A DNA stretch of 64,000 nt from Octopus vulgaris (Eukaryota): the NCBI GenBank assembly GCA_951406725.2, contig OX597839.1, positions 16,244,001-16,308,000 of the forward strand, in the 5' to 3' direction. Below are positions 38,136-50,370 of the stretch, one piece after another; position 1 is the stretch's first letter; each line of letters opens with the position of its first letter. Below the pieces are notes generated by a model. The model searched no databases. It had not been told where the DNA came from and was given only the letters and a program-made list of their open reading frames with translations. The translations under genes and the position numbers were made by a program.

Positions 38136-38282
38136 ATATGTCTATGTATATATATGTATATATAATTCCTTAATTGTTAATGTTGAACTTAAAAATGGTC
38201 TATGACTATTTAATTTTTTCCCACTGGGCCGCTGGTGGCAAAAAATTCTACAAAATTTTCCTTGCCACCCTATATTGATTAA

Positions 38283-38313
<31 letters not shown>

Positions 38314-38319
38314 TATAAA

Positions 38320-39300
38320 TCCTTAAAAATGTTTCAGCCCAAAGGCTGCGGCCATGCTGGGGCACCACCATTGACTGAGCTACACTTGTATGTGAAACCA
38401 CCTCTGATACGTGGCGATTGATCAACAAGGGAGTTTGATCCCGCTGCCCACATCTGTGTTTCCTCCCGAGAGGTAGGTTCATCTGGGACCCCTGACAAGA
38501 AGAGATCCAGTTTAGTTTTAAAGAAACCCACATCCACACCATGCAGGTTGTTCAGGCATTTAGGAAGGATATTGAAGAGCTGTGGTCCTCTGAAACCCAA
38601 GCTGTTGCAGTATCTGGTCCTGTATTTCAATGGTGATGTTGGGAACTTTGCCCCGTTCTACGGATGGGGTAATTTTGAATGCCAAAGTTTGGGACAAGAC
38701 CCTCCAGGATTTTCCAGATGTATATCACCGCATATCTCTCCCACCTTCGCTCCAGGGAGAAGAGTTTTAATACTTTCAGTCTTTCCCAGTAGCTGATATG
38801 TTGCATTGTATTGTGTGGTGACCATAGTTGGGAGCAGTAATCCAAGTGGTTGAGGATGAATGTCTTCCAAAGGACCATCAGTGTCTCCTCTCTTGTTCTG
38901 AAAGTTCGGAGAATCCATCCAGTTAGCCATCTGCATTTTATTACCAAATTAGTAATATGCACTTGGAAAGATGCATCATTGCTCATGTCAATGCCCAGGT
39001 CACGCACTGATTTTGACTCAGGGATTGCAATTCTTCTCGAGCCAGTGTATCCGGTCTGCATGTCGTTTACCTTTGTGTGCTGGTAGCGCAGGGCCTGGAA
39101 CTTCCCTGCATTAAACTGCATGTTGTTGTCCTCAGCCCACCTGTATATTGTATCCAACTCCTGTTGCAGATGTGCAATATTTCCAGGGTTTCGTATTGTG
39201 TGGGAGACTTTTGTGTCATCTGCATAGCTAGCAAGGGTGGCCATCTTAGTAACAGAGGGCATGACTGAAAGGGCCATTATGAACAGCAGTGGCCCCAAGA
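38320..39300 (-). mobile_element. CR1-group LINE fragment (duplicate of 2072-3050)
   Basis: ORF 38627-39553: LGPLLF, YADDTK. Confidence 0.88.
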
Positions 39301-39324
39301 TATATATATATGTATATACATATG

Positions 39325-39479
<155 letters not shown>

Positions 39480-39491
39480 ATATATATACAA

Positions 39492-39526
<35 letters not shown>

Positions 39527-39528
<2 letters not shown>

Positions 39529-40376
39529 TGAGAAAGTTGGTGTGTGAAAGCACGTGGTTGAATATATAGAAAATAGTAAAAAGTGAAAAAAACTACAGAA
39601 GGTTTGTTTTAGAAGGTTAAAAAATATATATTTGAGTCAATATGTCTGAAGAATGTTATAAATTTTTTTCATACAATGACATAGTTTTTGAAGAAAGACC
39701 TGCTAGAAGGATCAGAATTCCTCTTCAAAGAGGGACAGAAATTCAAGATCAAATCTAATTTTACTTGTGCCTCTGAAAACATAATTTATGTCATAAAATG
39801 CTCGGGCTGCCACCAAAACTACGTGGGGTCCATGGGACTATCACTCAGACGTAGATGCACACTGCATCGACAACAGATTGCATTCCCAGAATACAGAATG
39901 ATACCCTTTAGTGAGCACATTGAGAAATGCGCAAAGCAACTACTACCACAATTTTTAATCTTTCCATTTTACCAATGTGCTATCAGAACACCAACACAAA
40001 TTAGACTAAACAAGGAAACATCTTCATTGAAAAATACAAGCCCAAACTTAACCATTCCAACATTCTTATACAGAGAAACTCACTCCAAAAGAAAGGCAAG
40101 AAATATTAAGCGATTATCTCCCTTACACCGGAAGAAATCACTTATTACCTCCCCTTATCTGGAACTCTCTTTCACTCTCCTTCACACTTCTCAACGTAAA
40201 CATAACGATGTAAGAAATTTGAAAAGCTGAACGCGAAACCAGTCTTTCTTCAAAAACTATGTCATTGTATGAAAAAAATTTATAACATTCTTCAGACATA
40301 TTGACTCAAATATATATTTTTTAACCTTCTAAAACAAACCTTCTGTAGTTTTTTCACTTTTTACTATTTTCTATAT
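39527..40376 (+). mobile_element. Penelope-like GIY-YIG remnant with inverted pLTR (duplicate of 3198-4048)
   Basis: ORF 39688-40230 is identical to 3358-3900. Confidence 0.85.
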
Positions 40377-40390
40377 ATATATATATACAA

Positions 40391-40440
<50 letters not shown>

Positions 40441-42874
40441 GTACAGACTTTATGATACCCAAAGTCTTGTAAGCATCTTCTCTAATGCATTGCGACCACT
40501 TTCCAGTCAGACAACAAGATCATGGATTGTGACTTGCTTGTTTGCACAAATCACTTTGTCCTCTCACTGGCAATTCATGTCCAGTGGTTACAATCGATGG
40601 TCTCCCATTGTATGGTTTTTGTCTTCGATGCTGGTTTTCCTTTCTTTAAACTTCTCCTATCTGAGCACATTACTCTTGACAATTGCATCATCTTAAACAA
40701 ACTAGACTTCTGTGGCTGTCAGAGAGTCTGTATTCTCACAACAGCAACCACCATCAGCAATAGAAGCATGTATATAAAACGTACATAGATTGTCAAATCC
40801 ATTCACATATAGCCACATCTATGATGGATGTTAAACGATGATATATATACATAGGTTTGGAAGAACAAACAGGATAAAATGAAATTCAATATACAACTAA
40901 ATTTAATTACTTCTAAGTGGCATACAGGAAACTCTCAACTGTGAAGTCACTTTGTAAAATCAGCTGATCAAATATCATAATACTAATAATAATATTAATT
41001 ACACACACATATATATATATTAGTATTTAATAACAACTTCATTTGGCTCCATACAACTTAGTTTCATAACCTCAACACACAAACCTAGCTCCTTGGGCTT
41101 AGGTAACTTGCTTGTGTATAGATATCTGTCTATCTCTCTCTCTCTCTCTCTCCCTCTATATATATATATATATAATATAGACACACACACACACACTAGC
41201 TGACGTGCCTGGTAATTCCCGGGAAAGCGGGCTTATCCCTTGGTTCCATTCTCATAATTGTTTTGCTAATCCAATAACAATACAAAGTATGTAGCACTTA
41301 AAACGGATTTTGTGCACAGGATGTTGTTTTTAGGAATTCCCACTAAGTAATGAAAACCCAAATTGTGAAGTCGGTTGTGTAATAACATGAAATTAGTTAC
41401 CCGATAGTAAGAATTCAAATAAAGTAACCCCGAAAAGGGCTTTAATGCGTTCCCAGAGTATATAAAACATAGGAGGAAATACTAATAAGGTATATATACT
41501 AAAATTGTGAAGCATGTTACGTAATAGCAGACTAATCAGATATTGTTCTTTCTGTACAATAAAAATATTTTCTGAAAGTCAAATTTTATAAAAAAATTAA
41601 AATATTGGTTAGAACAATAGCAATTTTGTCTGGGGGGGATTTTATCCTGATACACATACACACACACACACACCAAAGAATCTTTGATGCGCCCTCCAAA
41701 CCGTGATGTCTAAGCCACACATTGATTGGTCGAATTACAGTTAGAACCTAGTTGGCATGCTTACCAATATGTGACATCTAAGCCATATGCTGATTGGTTA
41801 AAATACCGTTTGTACGATTTAGCTTGCTGGAGTTCATTGGAGGGTATTTAAAAGATAAATCTAACCATTTCACAATAGCTATCAATTGTGAAACACAACT
41901 GTCATTACATAACCTGACGATTGACTGAATGCATGAAAGAACTAGTTTATTTCAGAATTGTAAAATTGTAAACATTGCAAATAATAAAATGTGAAAATCA
42001 GATTATGCTGGAATTTCAATGATATAAAATGAAATCTTAGTGCTAAGCAGTGTTTAGGCAAAAGCAAAATTTAGGTTAGTTGAAATATGTTTGTGACATA
42101 TTTCAACTACTAAAAGGCAATACACTGCAGTTACCATGGAGAATATATTTTTCTTATGGTAAAAAGGTGTGAAAACATCCAGTTCATTCAGTGTCGCCAT
42201 CTATTAGGAATCTCTAAAGGCGGCGAGCTGGCAGAAACGTTAGCTTACCAGGCGAAATGCATAGCCGTATTTCGTCTGCCGTTACGTTTTGAGTTCAAAT
42301 TCTGCCAAGGTCGACTTTGCCTTTCATCCTTTTGGGGTCGATAAATTAAGTACCAGTTACGCACTGTAATCGACTTGATCTGTTTGTCTCTCCTTGTTTG
42401 TTCCCTCTGTGTTTAGCCCCTTGTGGGTAGTAAAGAAATACATCTATTAGGAATCCCAGACATTGATGTTTCAAGCTTCTTGGTTCTTGTCAATGAGATG
42501 TACCTAAGAGAGACAACTCTGAATGAACTTATAAAGCAATAGCTTTATTTCCATTAACTTAACTTAAATATATATATCATCATCATCATCGTTTAACGTC
42601 TGTTTTCCATGCTAGCATGGGTTGGACGGTTCGACCGGGGTCTGGGAAGCCAGGAGGTTGCACCAGGCTCCAGTCTGATCTGGCAGTGTTTCTACTTCTG
42701 GATGCCCTTCCTAACGCCAACCACTCCATGAGTGTAGTGGGTGCATTTATGTGCCACCAGCAGGGATGCCAGACAAGGCTGGCAACGGCCATGATCGGTT
42801 GGTGCTTTTTACGCGTGATTGACATGGACGCCAGTCAGGCAGCGCTGGCATCAGCCATGGTGCTTTTTATGTGC

Positions 42875-42908
<34 letters not shown>

Positions 42909-44170
42909 AATATATATATACATATTTATATATATATATATATAAATCATCCATTGATTTCCTTGGAAGTAAAAGTAAGTAGGGGAAATTTATGAGACTA
43001 TATTATTCAACAATCTCATTGTTGGTCTATCTCTATGTATGATATATAATATCACCTCACCACACAGGACGCCAGAAATGGCTTGGTACAACAACACAGG
43101 GTTCACAGTCAGGTAAAACAGCCATGAAGTTCAAGTGTTACTAGGATCCTGTAGATATGTAAGTACCAAATTCAATTTAATCCATAGATCTGACTCAGAT
43201 CTATGAATACAAAGACTGCAATAAAATAAAGTAGCAGTCAATTACTGGGGTCAATGCATTCAACAAATCCCCTCCCCTTTAAAATAGTTGGCCTTGTGCC
43301 AAAAATCACTGTCACCACAACTGCCACCACCACCACTACCGTCATTGCTGCCAATATCCCACCATCAACACTGCTAATACCCCCACCACCACCACCACCA
43401 CCACCACCTCCACAACAACACCTTCCTACATTCACTACAGTTGTCAAACAGGTTTTTAAATAAGCCAGAAGTTGCCAGAACATGAAGAACAACGTGAACA
43501 ATATTTTCATGTCTGAAGAGATAAAACAGACATTTTTAATGGAGTTATATGGGACATATATTTCAAGTTATATGGGACATATATTATAGGGAGTTGTTAC
43601 TCAGTCTCGTTGTAGTAGTAGTAGTAGTGATGGTAGAAGTCGTAACAGTGGTGGTGACTGTTGTAGTGGCAATTGTGGTAGTGGTAGTAGTAGTAGTAAC
43701 AGTGGTGGTGGTGTCAGCGGCAACAGCAGCAGCAGTTGTAGTAGTAGTAGTGGTGTAATAATAACATTATGGGTTTCTAATTAAGGGCACAAGGCCAGCA
43801 AATTTTAAGGAGGCACAATTAGTCTGTAACATCAATATTTCTCCAGTACACAAGTGGTACTATACGCTAAAATATATACAAATGTTTTTGAAATACAGAA
43901 GGTTACTAAAAAAAAAAAAAGAAGTATCACAAGTGGTTGTGTGGTAAGAAGCTTGCATTGCAACCACATGAGTCTGGGTTCAATCTCACTCAGTCACAGC
44001 ATATCTTCAGAGGACTCAGTCTTTTGTCATTGCCTCTGTGAGGCCCAACATTCAAAGGTCACGCTTCACCACCTCATTCCATGTCTTCCTGCATCTCCTG
44101 CTACCTCAGATTCCTTCCACTGTTTGGGAGTGGCATTTTTTCACACAGCTCTTCTCATTCATCCATACTG

Positions 44171-44208
<38 letters not shown>

Positions 44209-44209
44209 G

Positions 44210-44340
44210 TGGGGGAATTCACAAAAAAACAAAATACAAAGACAGGTGGTGTAGACAACAAACAGATGTATTAGTATAACGCTCAGGAAGTGAAAAAGTC
44301 TTTAACATTTTGAGCCTATGCTCTTCCACAGAAAGGAAGA
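44210..44340 (-). mobile_element. Penelope pLTR-like short element with a decayed hammerhead-like motif (44300-44335)
   Basis: Minus strand CTTT-CTGTGGA-A-GAGC-atag-GCTC-AAA-ATGT-T-AAAG; next to (TA)n. Confidence 0.5.
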
Positions 44341-44694
44341 CAAAGAAACAAAGAGAGAAAATAAAGAATGTGTAGCGGCTAGCAATCTATCATGGTGAAT
44401 GCCAGACAGAAGGGTCACACAGGAGAGCTAGGGAGAAGGGGAGATAATAAAGGAGTGGTGATCCTAAAACGAAGGTGTGCGTGCATGTGTATAAGAGAGT
44501 TTGTATGTGTGTTTGGAAGAGGGCTGGTGATCTTCATGTGTGCGTATGTTTAAGTGTGAAAATGTGGGTCTGGGAAGTGGCCAGTTCTGATATGCGTGTG
44601 GTGGTGTGTTGTGATGGGATGTGTTATGTGGTATGGTGGTGTAAGGTGTAGTGGTGTGTGTCTGTATTTGTGTTTGTCCCCCACCCCAGTTTGG

Positions 44695-44990
44695 TGGAGG
44701 CACATGGCCTAGTGGTTAGAGCAATGGACTCGCGGTTGAGGGATCGTGGGTTCAAATCTCAGACCGGGTGATGAGTGTGTTTATGAGCGAAACACCTAAG
44801 CTTCAAGCGGGTCCAGCAGAAGGTAATGGTGAACTTCTGCTGACTCTTTCGCCACAACTTTCTCTCACTCTTTCCTCCTGCATCTTGCAGCTCACCTGTG
44901 ACGGGCCGGCGTCCCGTCCAGTTGGGGAACCTATACGCCAAGGAAACCAGAAAACCGGCCCTTATGAGCCAGGCATGGCTCGAGAAGGAA
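44695..44990 (+). mobile_element. tRNA-derived SINE (family 2-type head)
   Basis: GGAGGCACATGGCCTAGTGGTTAGAGC...GGTTCAAATCTC gives A and B boxes; head shared with 63064-63422. Confidence 0.75.
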
Positions 44991-45739
44991 CAAACAAAAC
45001 AAACCACCACAGTTTGACAACTGGTGCTGGTTTGTGTATTCCTCCATAACTTAGCAGTTCAGCAAATGAGACTGATAAAGTAATTACCAGACTTGAAAAG
45101 TAAAATAAGTACAGGGACTGATTTGTTTGACTAAATCCTCTGAACATAAAGATAGACGAATTGCTGCTAAGCATTTTCCCCCCAAGCACCACACTTATGA
45201 TTCTGTCAATTTGTCGCCTTAGTTAAATACAATATATTATTTAATATCAAAGATATTCTTCTGTACACCTATGACCTAGCTACATATTTTCTGCCTGATT
45301 AATTACACTTTATGAGGAGAATAAAAGCTACAAATGTTTTGCATATCTTAGTAATTTCAGCTCATTAGCAGGACATAACAAATTAGAACACTAACTCAAA
45401 AATCTAACAATTAACTCCAGCTTCTAAGCCTCTGTACACTGTTTATTCATTACAAATACTTTGTTACAGTGTAGATATGACATACTAAGCAGAAAGGATA
45501 AGAAATATGCAGTAGAATTGATATGTTAATAAGTAAATACATTTGTGAAGAGATGAATAGAATTTGTAAAAATAGAAGATAGGAGTTATGGGTTTGAAGA
45601 GGTGTATGGTGGCAGGTCTGGTAGAAGTGAGAGGGGAAGAGGAAAAAGTAGGAAAGAAAAGTAACAGAATAAAATAAAATAAAAATAAATAAAAAAGTTA
45701 CAGGAAAAATGAGAAGTTTTATTGGTTCAGAGTATTTAC

Positions 45740-45866
45740 ATCCTGTCTTTATAGAACGAACATAAGAAAAGGAAAACTCACAGATTTCCGAGGAAGAACG
45801 GAAAGATCGCAATCTTCGGTCTCTACACAATACATAGAACCAACGACAAATATTCTCCTTTTTTAG
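45740..45866 (+). other. Gene B putative non-coding exon 1 (start uncertain)
   Basis: Donor CAAATATTCTCCTTTTTTAG|GTAAAT resembles the gene A donor at 7250; inverted CCAAT (ATTGG) at 45721. Confidence 0.5.
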
Positions 45867-46249
45867 GTAAATTGTCAATTTTTCTTATTTCACTTATTGA
45901 CCTATGTGATTTCAAAGAAGCATTAGAAATGCAGTAATTTTGCGGTATATATCTCTCTATATATATACATACATACATACATATATACATACACACACAT
46001 ATATAAACACACATACATATATATGTGTGTGTGTGTGTGTGTGTATGTTTATATATGTCAATATATGAAAATGTGCTTTCTTGCAGCTCTAAGGGTTTTT
46101 AGCTCTTATTTCTAGCAGTATAAGTGCTTCCTGCCACCTTCCGTCACAATTAGTGACAGTTGAATTTTTCCTTTTCAGTTTTATATTGCATATAGCTGCC
46201 CTTGTTATTTTATTTACATATATATATGTGTGTGTGTGTGTGTGTGTAC

Positions 46250-46348
46250 TACTGCGTGGCACCTTGGGCAAGTGTCTTCTACTATAGCCTCAGGCTGACC
46301 AAAGCCGTGTGAGTGGATTTGGTAGACAGAAACTAAAAGAAGCCTGTC

Positions 46349-46380
<32 letters not shown>

Positions 46381-46573
46381 TTGTCCCCCCAAAATTGCTT
46401 GACAACCGATGCTGGTGTTTTCGCGTCCCCATAACTTAGCAGTTCGGCAAAAGAGACCGATAGAATAAGTACTAGGCTTACAAAGAATAAGTCCTGTGGT
46501 TGATTTGTTTGACTAAAGGCGGTGCTCCAGCATGGCCGCAGTCAAATGACTGAAACAAGTAAAAGAGAAAGAG

Positions 46574-46636
<63 letters not shown>

Positions 46637-46982
46637 AATGTAGGATAAAATTTTTTGGAAAAAAAATTCTATCAATGGCCAGAATTTTTAGAGATTTCTG
46701 TTGGCCTTTTTTCGAGTAGCGTGCATACTGGGGAAAAAAATTATATGGTAAATGGACAATACGTCCAATTTTCGGCATATTTGGCATTAGAAATTTTTTC
46801 GTTTGGCCTTATTTATAAGTTATATATATATATTTACTCTTTCTCTTTTACGTTAGTCAAACGAATCGACCCCAGGACTTATTCTTTGTAAGCCTAGTAC
46901 TGATTCTATCGGTCTTTTTTGCCGAACTGCTAAGTTACGGGGACATAAACACACCAGCATCGGTGGGGACAAACACAGACAT

Positions 46983-47015
<33 letters not shown>

Positions 47016-47174
47016 CGACGGGCTTCTTTCAGTTTCCCTCTACCAAATCCACTCACAAGGACTTGGTCGGCCCGAGGCTATAGCAGAAGACACTTGCCCA
47101 AGGTGCCACGCATAGGGACTGAACCCGGAACCATGCGATTCGTAAGCCGTGTGGTACACATAGCCACTCCTACA

Positions 47175-47213
<39 letters not shown>

Positions 47214-48105
47214 AAATAAGATTCAGATAGACAGATAGAATCAGGTACTTGAAAAGATATGCACCAGGTAGGGCTGAATCTTTGTGGTTCTGGCTTGTGA
47301 TTGGTGAGTGTCAAATAGGATATTCCAGTTGTGTACACATAGAAAACCAACCCTATGAGTATTTAGTACCTAGGGGCTGATCCAAATCATGTGTTACTTT
47401 GAATAGTACGTTGTTGGTATACTCTAGGGTGTCTGACAAGTTGTAAATTCCCTTGGCGTATTACAGTCAAGTGGATACTAACATACAATGGATAATTGTC
47501 AGCTCATTACAGCTGCTTCTGACATAACTTTTTAATAGAAGAATGAGAAGATTACTCCATTATAAAAGAAGACCATAATCATCAGATGAGAAATAATTTG
47601 ACAAGCAAAGGCATAGGAGTAGCTTGCTTACCAACCACATGGTTCCAGGTTCAGTCCAACTGCGTGGCACCTTGGGCACCTTTTCGGTTTTATATTGCAT
47701 ATAGCTGCCCTTGTTATTTTATATACATACATATATATGTGTGTGTGTGTGTGTGTGTACTACTGCGTGGCACCTTGGGCAAGTGTCTCCTACTATAGCC
47801 TCAGGCTGACCAAATCCTTGTGAGTGGATTTGGTAGATGGAAACTGAAAGAAGCCCATCATATATACGTGTATATATATATGTATATATGTATGTGTGTG
47901 TGTATATGTTTGTGTGTCTGTGTTTGTCCCCGCCAACATCACTTGACAACCGATGCTGGTGTGTTTACGTCCCTGTAACTTAGCGGTTCAGCAAAGAGAC
48001 CGATAAAGTACTAGGCTTACAAAGAATAAGTCCTGAGGTCGATTTGCTTGAATAAAGGTGGTGCTCCAGCATGGCCACAGTCAAATGACTGAAACAAGTA
48101 AAAGA
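46250..48105. mobile_element. Cluster of three SINE family 1 copies (46250-46570 +, 46855-47180 -, 47610-48105 +)
   Basis: Each matches the family sequence seen at 26891-27252. Confidence 0.85.
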
Positions 48106-48712
48106 ATATACAAAATGAATATCCAAAGAATGCAGCAGGGATGTGGCCGAAGTCTGTGGCAGCTGACAATGAAATGAGAGAATGACCAACTGAGTTGGAT
48201 GTTGAGGTTAAGAATGCAGTTCTTGAAAAATGTGTAATATGATATTTAAGGTCAGCGACCCAGGTGAGACTAGTTCATAGGTAGACTGGAGTGGAGGTGT
48301 AGGTGTAGGTGGTAATTTATTATAGTAGGCTTAGAGCAGTGGGAAGTAAGGAGAGGTCATAATATAAATTAAGGATAAAGAAGGAACAAATAAAGCAAAA
48401 GAAAGGGTGAAGAAAAATAAAAGCATACAAGCTAATTAGACATAGGTCCTGGGTATAGGAATCTTTAGCTATTGCTAAATGACAAAGAGAGAGGGACAGA
48501 GATACACAGAATTTAGGGGTATTTAGTTGATAATGGTTGAAAGTTGTGGGAGGGTATGAAGGAATTGAAGTTTTAGTAAGAGTAGAGGGAAGGAGAGTAA
48601 TGCCCAAGTGGTACTTATTTTTCTAGGATAAAGGGTCAAGTGGACCACACCTGCAAAGAGAACCACTTAATCCCGCACAGACATGGCCTGCACTTGATAG
48701 TTTAACAATTTC

Positions 48713-49290
48713 AAGGGGCTGCTGAAAAGTTCCTGGCTTTGGGTAAAACAGAATACAGGAAGATCAGTTATGATTTTATTCAATACTAGCACTATGACCC
48801 TGCAACACCGGGTTATAGTGCTAGTGCATGCATATACAGCTACATGCGTGCACACATACACATGAGTACTGTCCAAATCTCCGATCAATCATATACAGCT
48901 AGCTGGCATTCAATTGGCGTATCAAGTTTCGGGCATTTTGATAGGGTTTTGGATAGAAAATTCACAAAAAAAGTCACTTTTATTGATTTTTTAATGGCTT
49001 TGCAGGGTGACTGGGGAAATGTAAAGATATGCACGACCACCCTTGGACGGTTTTAAATGACCATAGAAAGTGCGAGCCCTCTAACTGAAGAATTGTGGAT
49101 TTGTATAAAGGACACACACACACAGACATTTTACCGTTTATATATATAGAGATATTCCCCTCTCAGATTCACACTTATTGCAGTGGTCCTTGAGTTTCTC
49201 TAAGCCCTGTAAAAGAACTTGGAAAGTTGAGCCTCCAACCATGTCTTTAGCAACATCCTTAAAGCCAGGAACTTTTCAGTAACCTCTCAT
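48713..49290. mobile_element. Mariner-type MITE interrupted by a Helitron-like insertion (about 48786-49152)
   Basis: MITE halves GGGCTGCTGAAAAGTTCCTGGCTTT and AAAGCCAGGAACTTTTCAG; insert runs ACTAGCACTATGACCC...TTTATATATATAGA. Confidence 0.65.
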
Positions 49291-49297
49291 AATATAT

Positions 49298-49328
<31 letters not shown>

Positions 49329-49457
49329 AATGTGTTTGTGTATAAAAGTGTCAGCAGGTGTATGTTCTAGTTTTTGTTGAATGAAAGGATTGTCATGAGA
49401 CACACAGCATAACACATGATCAGACACGTAACCCTAATTTTCCTGTATTTTATTCAG

Positions 49458-49482
49458 ACACGACATATCAATAACAACAATG
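49458..49482 (+). CDS. Gene B putative 25-nt micro-exon ending in the start ATG (49480-49482)
   Basis: TTTTATTCAG|ACACGACATATCAATAACAACAATG|GTAAGC; splices in frame to GAC ATG GCC at 52482. Confidence 0.5.
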
Positions 49483-49602
49483 GTAAGCTGTTTTTCTAGC
49501 TGGTTCTGTGACCATGAGAGGCTCACTTGTTGAATCATGGTGTGGCTGTGCACACAAATGCTCACACACATAATATAATATATAATAATATGTGTGTGTA
49601 TG

Positions 49603-49665
<63 letters not shown>

Positions 49666-50321
49666 CTGAAGTTGTCTGTGTATGGCAGGTTTGGTAGCCT
49701 TCAACTAACACTATCTCCTCCGAGACCCTGCGGCGCAAGTTGACCAAAATTGAGAGTATGATAGAAGAAGGCTTGCTCTTCCTTCCGTAGAAGAAAAAAT
49801 TCAAATCGGAACATGTTAACACCAAAAATTATTTACATCAAAAAGGTGCTTTTTCTTCTATGAAAATCCCTATTTTTTACGAATTTTTTACTGCTGTGTT
49901 GCTATTTTTCAGTGTATTTCAACCAGAAAAATGTTCACTTAAAGAGAATAACAAGCTGCATAATGCAAAATTTTTACTTTTCAAAAATTCCAATTCTAAA
50001 GGGTCGAAACAAACCCGAGCAACGCCGGGCGATACTGCTAGTATATATATAAAACAACAAAATTTTATAAAGAATTACCCAAGGTTTTACACCCACAAAG
50101 CTAAAGCCTTATGGACAGCTCGTCAGGCTCTGCAACGTGGCTATTTAAAGATAGCCACGTTGCAGACGTGAGGAAATGCTCAGAACTCTATTGTAATAAT
50201 TACTGCTCTATTTTTTAAATGTGCTTCTTTCTGATATATGTGTTTTTTTATTAAGTATATATATATGTGTGTGTGTGTATGTGCATGTATGTATGTAAGT
50301 ATATTTATTTATAAATATGCA

Positions 50322-50370
<49 letters not shown>

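Noticed and set aside
42455-42505. Further hammerhead-like candidates (also near 22395, 28670 and 34635)
   Set aside because: Cores and stems too degenerate to fold convincingly
43238-43760. Pro/Thr-rich and Val-rich ORFs
   Set aside because: (CAC)n and (GTA/GTG)n low-complexity tracts with no convincing splice sites or domain
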